IMG/VR virus record: IMGVR_UViG_3300028601_000021 | Coordinates: 32,001 to 96,000 of that record | DNA from: a virus | Lineage: Duplodnaviria > Caudoviricetes | Strand: one strand, 5' to 3' | DNA length: 64,000 bases | In this document: positions 40,652 through 49,934 of the stretch, one piece after another | Position numbering within the stretch: the first letter of the stretch is position 1 | How the letters are laid out: each line of letters starts with the position of its first letter | Notes under the pieces: generated by a model | Databases searched by the model: none | Told to the model about the DNA's origin: nothing | What the model saw: only the letters and a program-made list of their open reading frames with translations | Position numbers and translations under genes: made by a program

Positions 40652-41002
40652 TTAAACTTTATAAACGAAGCAAGGTACGCCTTGTCTATCTGCTAGATCT
40701 ATAGTGGACTTAGTGCCAGGACTGACACCATCCCAAATAGCTATAACAGCATCTGCTACTCGTACCATAATGGCATTTCGTTTATATCCAGCAGACTTAT
40801 CCAATTTACCATTGACTTTCCATTGAGCAGGATATCTTTCTACTGGTATGTCATTACGTCTAGCGTATTCTTCACCTAATTGATCTACACCACGAGCAGT
40901 ACCACTAATGACTGTAGTGATATCAAATCCACTAGCAGCTACAGCTTTAGCTACTACTTCATAATTCATTATACCTCGACTACCAGCTATGACTACTCTC
41001 AT
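40652..41002 (-). CDS. SLOG superfamily protein (YspA/DUF2493-like)
   Basis: VVIAGSR, VISGTARGVD, SAGYKRN..M and WDG.S.GT motifs. Confidence 0.85.
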   Translation of the reverse strand: MRVVIAGSRGIMNYEVVAKAVAASGFDITTVISGTARGVDQLGEEYARRNDIPVERYPAQWKVNGKLDKSAGYKRNAIMVRVADAVIAIWDGVSPGTKSTIDLADRQGVPCFVYKV

Positions 41003-41056
41003 CTATATCTCCTTTTGTTCAAATAAAATGTATATACACTTCCTTTTATTTAAAAG

Positions 41057-41713
41057 TTATAGGTATGAAGGATCGTCCGTCACATGATATTGTATCCATG
41101 GATGATCTATTTCCTTATTACCTTGTCTGCGTCTTAATTCGCAAAACACCTGATTATGTAGTTGTAAACATCGGTTTGCGCTCATATTAAACATCTTTCC
41201 TATCTCCTTGTAGGTATACCCTTGAGTATAGAGATAAAATATCTTGGCTTTTCTACCCGAGGTATCGAAAGTAGCTATAATGTCTAATAGCTTTTTAAAG
41301 TCGTGTTGAGTATCGACTTCGTCATACGAATAATCTTCTATACACAATAGGTCATTTAATTGAGATAGTGTAAATGGTTCATTGTCTTCATCGAATGTAT
41401 TGTTGAGCAAACATACTTCCCTAGGAAAAAGTTCTGCAAAAGAAATACCTAAGAAGTTACAAGCATTTAAAACAATGGGCCGTATCATACCTTCATTTGG
41501 TTTAAATGAATAAACAGGAGAAATTGTACCCAACTCTATTGCTCTATAGACATAACGATCCTTTCTAGATCCACCAATGACCTCAATAAAATCATTTATA
41601 TTGTAACCTGCATTTCTCCTTTCTTCTGCTAGATAATTTTCATATTCATAAGGAACCCACTCCAAATGAGATAGTTTACCTTTAGCATTCAAAACGTGAT
41701 CTCCTTTACCCAC
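41057..41713 (-). CDS. sigma-70 region-4-like HTH protein
   Basis: GYTYKEIGKMFNMSANRCLQL; GTG start is uncertain. Confidence 0.6.
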   Translation of the reverse strand: MGKGDHVLNAKGKLSHLEWVPYEYENYLAEERRNAGYNINDFIEVIGGSRKDRYVYRAIELGTISPVYSFKPNEGMIRPIVLNACNFLGISFAELFPREVCLLNNTFDEDNEPFTLSQLNDLLCIEDYSYDEVDTQHDFKKLLDIIATFDTSGRKAKIFYLYTQGYTYKEIGKMFNMSANRCLQLHNQVFCELRRRQGNKEIDHPWIQYHVTDDPSYL

Positions 41714-41763
41714 TACACTACTTTACTGAAATAGTAAAGTAGTGTAGTGGAGTGAATTTAAAA

Positions 41764-42069
41764 TCATCTTACTTTAGGAAGAATACGATTAGCCAATTCG
41801 ACAATAGCGCTAACCAATTCTTGCTTAGTTTCTTCATTACTGAGGACTTGGTATATAGTACTGATAAACTGTACATTCTCAGGGATAGGGATACCGCTAT
41901 CCAGCTTTTCCTTATAGTTAGCTGGAAGAAAGATACTGAGATTCATATCCTTAGTAAGTACCAGACCACAGTCATCTCCATCATCTGAAAGTACAAGTGA
42001 ATATTTCATCTTTTCTTCTTTAGGTTCATCGACCATATCAGTCTCTGTAATTTCATTTACATTAGGCAT
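41764..42069 (-). CDS. hypothetical early protein
   Basis: AAGGAG RBS; early motif at 42168. Confidence 0.6.
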   Translation of the reverse strand: MPNVNEITETDMVDEPKEEKMKYSLVLSDDGDDCGLVLTKDMNLSIFLPANYKEKLDSGIPIPENVQFISTIYQVLSNEETKQELVSAIVELANRILPKVR

Positions 42070-42159
42070 GGTATTTCTCCTTGTGAAAATAATAGATACC
42101 CATACAGTCTAGCAGTGTACGCCAATCGTACACCGCCAGCTGCATGAGTACATATATAG

Positions 42160-42177
42160 TCACTTTAGTAATATATA
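42160..42177 (-). promoter_or_regulatory. early promoter motif
   Basis: TCAC-ttta-GTAATATATA. Confidence 0.65.
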
Positions 42178-42195
42178 CTCGAAAGTATACAGAAG

Positions 42196-43335
42196 TTACA
42201 ATCTACCTAGGAAATAAGACTTCAGTGGTCTTCTACCACATGATCTTTTCTTAGGTTCCGGACAATAACCAAGAGCATCGCACTTAGGACCAAAGACGTC
42301 ATTCCTAACTAACTCGTGATTGTAGTTCTGTACCAGTCTCTTAGCATCTGTAGCTATACCTCTGATTTCCCATTGAGCACATGTGCACATACGCTCATTC
42401 AGGAAACCCATAAAGCTATTCAGATTAAGTGTCATCACCACTTCAGTCATAGCCGCATTGTGGTACAGATATCTGAGATCTTCATTAGGTGGTTCATCAC
42501 CAGTAAGATCTACTGTAAGTTCTTTAAGAGCTATAGTGTCTACCATATTGGTGAATATGGTGCCCATGAAATGAGCTCTAGTAAAGATATTCTTATCGAA
42601 CTTAGGAGGTACGATGACCTCCATGATTTTTACGCCACAATAACGCTGGCTACGTTGGGAATAACTAGCCATACGTTTTCTGACTAACTGATGACTAGTA
42701 GCTCTACTGCATCTAATGACGAAGGTAAAGTTAGCATGTTCAGTTACTGACATATGTCTACTAGAGATACATTTATCCACCAGGTCTCTACACTTATCTT
42801 TATTTCCTTTAATATCGATAGTACCTATAGCTCTATTAAAGATATCCATAGGGTCTTCGTCGGAATAGCAAGTAGATGCACCAGTGTAGATAGCTTCCAA
42901 CGGATGATTAGTGACATTCATTAATTGGATACTAGGTTTAGTAGCTTTCACAAAAGGGATATCAGGATAATCTTCTTTTGTAAAGATACGATCAAATAGT
43001 TTTATACTACCGTCATCATATCCACTATAGATAGTAATAGGTCTATCCAACTCATGACTAAAATCCATAGCTATAAACTTGATAGCTTTAGATATAGTGA
43101 CTTTATTGACTTTTTCTGGTACAATAAAGTTAGCATAATGGATATTGTTAGCTGTATCATCCTTATAGATATCCAGCATATTAGCTACGCCTTCAGATAA
43201 AGGATGATGTATATACTCACGGTGAGGGATATCTTGATCCCATTTACCTTTAAGCATATTGAACTTATCTTCCTGTTCCTTTTTATCCACTACGGTACTT
43301 TTCCATACCAGGATATAAAATAAAATATCATTCAT
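42196..43335 (-). CDS. thyX: FAD-dependent thymidylate synthase with ~130-aa N-terminal extension
   Basis: HMSVTEH, SRATSHQLVRKRMASYSQRSQRY, EDLRY and R.C..AQWEIR motifs. Confidence 0.85.
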   Translation of the reverse strand: MNDILFYILVWKSTVVDKKEQEDKFNMLKGKWDQDIPHREYIHHPLSEGVANMLDIYKDDTANNIHYANFIVPEKVNKVTISKAIKFIAMDFSHELDRPITIYSGYDDGSIKLFDRIFTKEDYPDIPFVKATKPSIQLMNVTNHPLEAIYTGASTCYSDEDPMDIFNRAIGTIDIKGNKDKCRDLVDKCISSRHMSVTEHANFTFVIRCSRATSHQLVRKRMASYSQRSQRYCGVKIMEVIVPPKFDKNIFTRAHFMGTIFTNMVDTIALKELTVDLTGDEPPNEDLRYLYHNAAMTEVVMTLNLNSFMGFLNERMCTCAQWEIRGIATDAKRLVQNYNHELVRNDVFGPKCDALGYCPEPKKRSCGRRPLKSYFLGRL

Positions 43336-43344
43336 GTTAGATAC

Positions 43345-43719
43345 CTATACCTTGCATTTATTCATGACTGAATAGATCTTAGTAGTGGTCGTATCTAAGA
43401 TTTCAGCTATGACTGCTACACTCACGTATTTAGCATAGAGAGCACAAGCTATTTCTTTAAATTCATCATCACCCAATAGAGTAGGTGTGAATGGTATAAA
43501 TGTCTCTTTTTCAGCTACATATTTATACCGTATCTCTGATACATTTATGTTCTCATTATGGATGTGTCTAAACTTCAACAAAATATATGAATAAGCATAA
43601 ACAATATCCATCTCCACATCAGGAGTATAATCCGCACCATATACATCTTCTAGGACCGTAGGAAACGCTTTAGCGAAAGCTTTCCATACCTTACTACTTT
43701 CAAATGTAGGGATATCCAT
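43345..43719 (-). CDS. hypothetical protein with C-terminal HTH
   Basis: VSVAVIAEILDTTTTKIYSV. Confidence 0.5.
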   Translation of the reverse strand: MDIPTFESSKVWKAFAKAFPTVLEDVYGADYTPDVEMDIVYAYSYILLKFRHIHNENINVSEIRYKYVAEKETFIPFTPTLLGDDEFKEIACALYAKYVSVAVIAEILDTTTTKIYSVMNKCKV

Positions 43720-43721
43720 AG

Positions 43722-44675
43722 TTATACCTTCCTGTATGCTCTAGTGTGAAGTAAGGTCATCCCTAACTTTTCCAGATACCTGTGGTATTCAGTATCACCA
43801 CAAAGAGCATGAGCTAATACGATCTTTACCTTAGGATAAGCTTGACGGATATCGTAGAGAAATACCTTACCTGCATTTTCATCTAACTCTATCTTTTTAA
43901 AGCTAGACTCATGTAGATATTCGATATTAAAGATAGCTTGGATCTCTTCAGGTTCCACGGTATAGAACATACGTGCTTTAGATACTCCACCGACCATCCA
44001 ATTCATGTAAGGTAGGCTTTGATTATACATAAAGAGATTATCAGTCAGCGATCTCACTATCGGATTAAGCTTTCTTCTAGTACCAGCTAAACGAGGTGAT
44101 ACTTTTATAGCATCCATCCCAGCATATCTAGTCAACTCAAAAGTACTCTTAGGATGCTTACCTTTAGGATTAATGATAGCAGCATACTGATAAGTATATG
44201 GAATGAATCCCAGATGAGCATACTGTTCAGTAACAGTACCATTCACACTACTACTATTAATAGTAAGACTAGAAACACCGATACGTTTACAGATATCCTG
44301 ATACATATCAGTGAGACCACGTAAGATACCTTTACCTCTATGCTCTTCTTCTATGTAAACAGTCTCTATCATCATAGAGAGCTTATTACCGACAGTACGA
44401 GCTATACCGGCACCGACATAGGTATGTGTGGGTTTGTGGTATACACCTACGATAAAAGTATCTTTACCGTATTCTTCCCACCAGATCTTCAGATCAGCCC
44501 AGAAGTTATTATTACGCACACTCTTACAAATGAGATCGTAATACGGATCTATAGCACACATGTGCCTATGGAGCTTTACATCTAAAGTAAAGATATCCTT
44601 ACACAACACCATACGTCCTTCATCTTCTTTGACAGCAGGAGTATGGAGTATGTTCAATTTATAATCAGAGTGCAT
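43722..44675 (-). CDS. GNAT acetyltransferase
   Basis: IETVYIEEEHRGKGI acetyl-CoA motif, Y.HLGF, and a second degenerate repeat YLEKLGM. Confidence 0.75.
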   Translation of the reverse strand: MHSDYKLNILHTPAVKEDEGRMVLCKDIFTLDVKLHRHMCAIDPYYDLICKSVRNNNFWADLKIWWEEYGKDTFIVGVYHKPTHTYVGAGIARTVGNKLSMMIETVYIEEEHRGKGILRGLTDMYQDICKRIGVSSLTINSSSVNGTVTEQYAHLGFIPYTYQYAAIINPKGKHPKSTFELTRYAGMDAIKVSPRLAGTRRKLNPIVRSLTDNLFMYNQSLPYMNWMVGGVSKARMFYTVEPEEIQAIFNIEYLHESSFKKIELDENAGKVFLYDIRQAYPKVKIVLAHALCGDTEYHRYLEKLGMTLLHTRAYRKV

Positions 44676-44684
44676 GATAGACTC

Positions 44685-45605
44685 CTATACTAATTTAAAT
44701 CTACGTGCTTGCTTCAACCTGATATTGATAGCCTCAGGGATACGTTCATTGAGACCACAAAGACCACAAGGATTAAGTTCATCTTTTATCAAATGATAAA
44801 TACCTTCGTAATCTTGGTTATCTACATGACCGATAGCTGTACAAAGCTGAGATACTCCATTATGGATCTTACCATCCACTCCAAAGATGGGAGAAGTATA
44901 AAGCCCACGGTGTTCCATACTGACCATGACTGCAGCCAGATCATCCTGTTCATGTGAAATCATGATCATCTGCATACAGTTAGGTACTGCTGGTTTCTTA
45001 TCTTTCTCTCTGACAGGAGGAAGATTAGCACCTCTACCCAACCTGACTATCTCGATGTTATCTTGCCAATCAGGATCAAACCTAACTTTACTCTCTACCG
45101 GGACAGCTGTGATCTTATCTTCACTACCTTCAGGAATCTCAATAAGATCAGCTGCTACTGCTTCTCCGAATTCCAGAAAAGCTTCTTTACTGAGCATGGT
45201 CTTATTGTAATCAGGATAGTACTTATGGTGAGTAGTGACCAAAAGCAAACGTACCATATCCAATCCTAAGATACTACGGAGTCCTTTTTCCTTTTCAGGA
45301 TCACCCAACCAACTACCATTGGATTCTAGGATGATATTCATATCAAGTAATTCATTAGCGATATGAGTGATCATCTCAGCAAATTCAGGGTGTTCAGTAA
45401 ACTCACCACCACTGACTACTAGATTAACAGGTCTCATACTGGTAGGGATACTACTGAGTAGTTCCATAGAAGCAGGAGGAAGGTGTTTGATAAAGGATAT
45501 AACTGAATTCAAAGTAGGCCAATTCATATGACGACCTTCAGGAGTAGCATCTACAAAACAATGCTTACAATTACCATGACATTTAGTAGTGAGCTGTAAA
45601 AGCAT
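44685..45605 (-). CDS. radical SAM protein
   Basis: CHGNCKHC, SGGE, SNG and GRG motifs; C-terminal Cys residues (CGLCG). Confidence 0.85.
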   Translation of the reverse strand: MLLQLTTKCHGNCKHCFVDATPEGRHMNWPTLNSVISFIKHLPPASMELLSSIPTSMRPVNLVVSGGEFTEHPEFAEMITHIANELLDMNIILESNGSWLGDPEKEKGLRSILGLDMVRLLLVTTHHKYYPDYNKTMLSKEAFLEFGEAVAADLIEIPEGSEDKITAVPVESKVRFDPDWQDNIEIVRLGRGANLPPVREKDKKPAVPNCMQMIMISHEQDDLAAVMVSMEHRGLYTSPIFGVDGKIHNGVSQLCTAIGHVDNQDYEGIYHLIKDELNPCGLCGLNERIPEAINIRLKQARRFKLV

Positions 45606-45884
45606 ATGAGACTCCTTTGGAGTAATTTACAAATTTAAAGTAAGGACTGGATGCCGCACTACAGGTGATGTACTAGTCCCACCCGATATATCAGCTATAG
45701 TACGACATCCAGAGTATATATAGATATAAAAGATATTAGTGCTTCCCCAAACACTACGAGCTTTCGCTACTATATAGAAAGAGAGAGGAGAGCTACGATC
45801 TCCCTCTATACACTATCTTTTATATCTACTCTTTGTCCTAAAAGATATAGAGTAAAAATAATCCTCTACAGATACATCTCCAAA
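45606..45884 (-). ncRNA. putative multi-junction structured 5' leader (riboswitch-like)
   Basis: Multiple long stems with minus-strand G-U pairs, a GAAA tetraloop, and alternative SD/anti-SD pairing. Confidence 0.5.
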
Positions 45885-45929
45885 ATGGTATACCCACCAT
45901 ATCCTTTTAACACACCCATAGGTAATACC

Positions 45930-46742
45930 ATGCAAGATCCTATCCAATTAGCTTTAAATCGTATTTACTTTAAGATACCTAGAGAAATCCTAGAAGCTAC
46001 CTTCACTCCCAGTGTCCGTGGTATCAGTTTAGATATGTGTATCATCAATGATGTCATCCATAGTGTCATCTTAGCCGATTGCAATAACGGTGGTGGTAAG
46101 TTATCTAAGATAGCACTAACTACTGAAAATGCTGTATGTCTAGATCCCCCATTACCCTACAGTTTAGGCGTATCTAATACTTGGTCCGTTTATCGTATCT
46201 TACCTCATGCTAGAGAGAATAGATCTATCAATGCAGCTATATCTATTCGCATCCCATATAGCTTAGCTGGTGATGCTATGGGAGCTCAATCTATAGCTGG
46301 TATGGGTACAGGTAGACACATTAGTGATATGGCTTGTCTAGCACTTAACTCACATACACATACCGATCATATTTCTACCCCTACTCCTATCTTACTAGCT
46401 GGCGATGTAGTAAAACTCAATCCTCCTCAGTTAAGTCATCTGGATTGGATTTTAGAATGTCGTATAGCTTACGATGAGAACTTCACTAATATGGACGTAA
46501 ATATCATCCCTACCTTTGGTGAATTAGTAGTAGCTGGAGTAAAGGCTTATATCTTTAATAAGATGATATTTGCTGTAGACCGTACTTATCTCAGTGGTGG
46601 TCAGGAACTAGGTATCTTTAAGACTACTATCGAAAGCTACAGTGATCAGTATGAGAGATATGAAGAGTTGATTAAACAGTTCAATAGTATCTCTGTATTA
46701 GAACCTGAGAGACTACGTAGTATTTTGACTTATATGTTGTAA
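45930..46742 (+). CDS. conserved phiKZ-like virion structural protein
   Basis: PIQ.AL..I.F.IP.EIL...SLD..I...VI...IL.DCN..GG N-terminus recalled from phiKZ-like virion proteins. Confidence 0.6.
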   Translation: MQDPIQLALNRIYFKIPREILEATFTPSVRGISLDMCIINDVIHSVILADCNNGGGKLSKIALTTENAVCLDPPLPYSLGVSNTWSVYRILPHARENRSINAAISIRIPYSLAGDAMGAQSIAGMGTGRHISDMACLALNSHTHTDHISTPTPILLAGDVVKLNPPQLSHLDWILECRIAYDENFTNMDVNIIPTFGELVVAGVKAYIFNKMIFAVDRTYLSGGQELGIFKTTIESYSDQYERYEELIKQFNSISVLEPERLRSILTYML

Positions 46743-48050
46743 AAGTTTACATGGATAAAGGCTACAGGGATACAGCCATTGGCTGTATCCCTGTATAGCC
46801 GTACTTTTAACACTTGTGTTAGCAGTATAGCACTATCGTGCTATCTCATATTTAGGGTGTGTAATTAATTACACAGTAGTAGATTTCATTAACGTAGAAG
46901 TAGTAGGTGACACTATGTGGTAAAAGTATGAGGAAATCCATACGGAGTCTTGGTCCACCACCCTTCCCCCCTCTCCTAGGTTTCCCCTATCCCCTACCCC
47001 TTAACAAACCCCACCCCTACCCCATCCTACCACACCCCCTAACCCTTAAAGGAGTATAATCACAATATATAGATCGTGTATCAACTATTACATAAATTTA
47101 ATATTAATAAAATTACTAAATTAATAATTCTTTAAATCTTATTAAAATAACTACTAAAGTAATAATTTCTAAATCTTATTAAAAGTACATACTAAAGTAG
47201 TACTCTACGATTAGAATGTGATAAGACATACACCATCTACAATAGCTACTCGCTACTGTAGATAGATAGGTGAATAACTGATAAAATACTATTTAAAATC
47301 TATGAGGATAATACTAATTAAGTAGTGTGTATTTTTTTACAAACAGTAACTATGTTATAGTTGATAAGTAATTATTATTAAGATAATAGTACTACTGACA
47401 AACTAAGCTAATTAAAAGAACTTATACTTAATATACAATAAACGTATTAAGTATAAAAAGATAAAAGAAATAATTTGATAAGATATACTGTCACTACCAC
47501 AAAGTAGTGACAGTATATCTATATATGAAATTTAAAGTAATAGTAAACAAGAGACTAGTATTTGATAAGTAGATAGCGAATGCTGATATTTAAATAAAAT
47601 AGTAATAGTTAGTTATGAAATATTTAAAGTTATTTGAGATACATTACTACTTATACTACACCATCTATGTTGTGGTATGAATGGTAGAAGAGATATGGTG
47701 TTTATAGAGTAATACTGAAATAATGATAACTGAGTGATAGCTAAGTGTGTATAACGTGATACATCATAACTTATATAATACATATATGTTGTGGTATATC
47801 TAGTAAGAGAGACAATAGATAGATGTACTACTGATACTATTTACGTTATTTAAAGATATGATAAATATACTTTATTTGTTTATCTTTAAATATCTATAGA
47901 TAAGTATGTGTGATTTACTGTATGTTTTCTATCTGGATATTTATAAAAAAGAGATAGCAGTACTATCCTACTGAGTGATGTTTTTATATGATATAAACTA
48001 TATACTACTACAGCTATCACTTAGATAGCTGTAGTAGTATATGAGATATC
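46743..48050. other. 1.3-kb non-coding region, candidate replication origin or control region
   Basis: No ORF of 60 aa or more; C-tract, AT-rich block, ~38-bp tandem repeat at 47122-47199, seven same-strand TGATAA copies. Confidence 0.4.
46955..47046 (-). repeat. ten C-runs (G-runs on minus strand), G-quadruplex/i-motif-capable tract
   Basis: ccc-tt-cccccc...cccc-tat-cccc-ta-cccc...cccc-a-cccc-ta-cccc...ccccc-taa-ccc. Confidence 0.8.
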
Positions 48051-48251
48051 TTATTTCTTTTCGAAGTAGCTAGCTGGATCTTTAAACTTAAAGTCCATAG
48101 CTTCTAAGGATTCTACCGTAATAGGTGTATCATCCTTCCATACCTTGATCAAATCCTTTACTGCATCTACACCATATTTACCTGCTAAGATCAAAAGCAT
48201 CATAGCAGTTTCTTTATTCATCTGCAGTGTTTTAGTTTCTTCAGTAGACAT
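48051..48251 (-). CDS. small hypothetical protein
   Basis: AGGAG RBS; follows the lipoprotein gene. Confidence 0.6.
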   Translation of the reverse strand: MSTEETKTLQMNKETAMMLLILAGKYGVDAVKDLIKVWKDDTPITVESLEAMDFKFKDPASYFEKK

Positions 48252-48258
48252 GGTTATA

Positions 48259-48819
48259 TTACTCCTGGATTAAGAGATTAGAAATAGTATCAAACATAAA
48301 GATATCTGGGATATTGATATCCTTACCTGTGATACCACTATAGGTCTTAGCTACTTCATCTTTCATTTTATAAAAAGACTTAGCTGAGAGTACTAGAGTA
48401 TTGATGAGTTTATCTTTAGTGCTATCTGCTGACATCTTATCTGCATACATATAGGAAGTAAGAGCTGCTCTAGCTAAGTTCTGATTGGTACGTACTACGT
48501 CACCTACTTTAATGAGAGTGACTTTCTGTTCTTCAGTGATGACACCTTCAGTATAGAGATCACCTAAGATCTTAAAGGACATATCAGCTACGATATCGAT
48601 AGACTTGATAGTCTTTACAGAGTTAAGTATAAGTACTTCATCTAACTGAGGTTCGGCTACTTCGACCGTGGTAGCGTTAGTGGTATCCACTACTACAGTA
48701 TCGGTAGTAGTGTTAGCCGGTACTTCAGCTTGTTTATTAGAACAAGCAAAGAGCATAGCTAGGATCATAAAACCCAACATAGCTTTTAAAGTCCAGATAG
48801 AGATAAATTTCTTACACAT
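48259..48819 (-). CDS. putative lipoprotein
   Basis: Hydrophobic signal ending LFA|C lipobox, followed by a T/V-rich linker. Confidence 0.7.
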   Translation of the reverse strand: MCKKFISIWTLKAMLGFMILAMLFACSNKQAEVPANTTTDTVVVDTTNATTVEVAEPQLDEVLILNSVKTIKSIDIVADMSFKILGDLYTEGVITEEQKVTLIKVGDVVRTNQNLARAALTSYMYADKMSADSTKDKLINTLVLSAKSFYKMKDEVAKTYSGITGKDINIPDIFMFDTISNLLIQE

Positions 48820-48877
48820 ATACCATTCCTCTTTATGCTTAGGTTATAGGGTGAAAGTGATGGTCATACCATATCGG

Positions 48878-49843
48878 TCATAGTGTCAGTGACCACTTAC
48901 GATAGGTAGGTATACCTTTTATGATATCATGTAATATGCGACTATCTGGTGTAGTATCTACAGGTACTTCATAAGCTATAGATTTTAATGTGGGTACTAC
49001 TTTCAGTAAAGTATCACACAACTTTTTAGTCATGGTATCTATGGCTATTAAAGTTTTAGAAGTACTATATACATTAGCCATAGTCAACCAACGTATGTCA
49101 TCATTGCTGTATAGTTGATCTTCTATCATTTTTATACTTAAGTAAGGATCATCTAATCTTGTATCCATGAGAGATATCCTTTTATATAACTTGTGTTTAA
49201 TACCGGCTTTAGTGGCGATATGATCTATATATGGAGAAGGATCAGTAGCGATAAGTTTTAGATCTATACCAGGATAGTGTTTCACTTTATGATCTTTAGC
49301 TCTATCGAATAGGTCATCTATAGGTGTTATGTGGAAAGTACTAGTGTGACTATATCCCAATCTTTCATATATCGTATCTATAGGAGTATCACCTACTTTC
49401 GTACCTACTACGGTATGTAGACGAAATTCATCTACTTCCGTTAGCTTAATTAGATAATTATGTATATTTTTAAATATACCTTTATTTCTATAACTAGGAG
49501 CTACATATATACCTTCTATCGTAGAATACGAGGAAAATGGTGTAGTCTTTATGAATGCTATAGCTATCAGATCATCCGTATCTAGATCTATCACACCATA
49601 TAACTTAGTAGCTCCTTTAAAAGGATTATCTAATCTATATCTTATCCATTCAGATAAATCCTTTTTAGAAACGAGATATCTGTCGTGGTGGTATAGGTGA
49701 GCATGTTTAGCCACTGTAAGATGATCAGATTCCAGATGGGTATCCATAGCTTTGGCTATAGGTAGATATTTTAGTATTTGTTCTCTGGTGAAATGATGTA
49801 TAGGAGGATATATCTGTCCTAAGATAAGATTATTTGGTAACAT
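48878..49843 (-). CDS. GNAT acetyltransferase (paralog-like to 43722-44675)
   Basis: IEGIYVAPSYRNKGI and YERLGY motifs. Confidence 0.75.
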   Translation of the reverse strand: MLPNNLILGQIYPPIHHFTREQILKYLPIAKAMDTHLESDHLTVAKHAHLYHHDRYLVSKKDLSEWIRYRLDNPFKGATKLYGVIDLDTDDLIAIAFIKTTPFSSYSTIEGIYVAPSYRNKGIFKNIHNYLIKLTEVDEFRLHTVVGTKVGDTPIDTIYERLGYSHTSTFHITPIDDLFDRAKDHKVKHYPGIDLKLIATDPSPYIDHIATKAGIKHKLYKRISLMDTRLDDPYLSIKMIEDQLYSNDDIRWLTMANVYSTSKTLIAIDTMTKKLCDTLLKVVPTLKSIAYEVPVDTTPDSRILHDIIKGIPTYRKWSLTL

Positions 49844-49934
49844 CCTTAAATGCTCCTAAAAATAAAATGATATAGTGTATTTAAAATAGCTACATGTGAC
49901 ATGGGTATCCCCTGTGTCACATGTAGCTATACGT

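Noticed and set aside
47030-47046. Telomere-like CCCTAA
   Set aside because: It is a single copy within an irregular C-run tract, not a tandem array.
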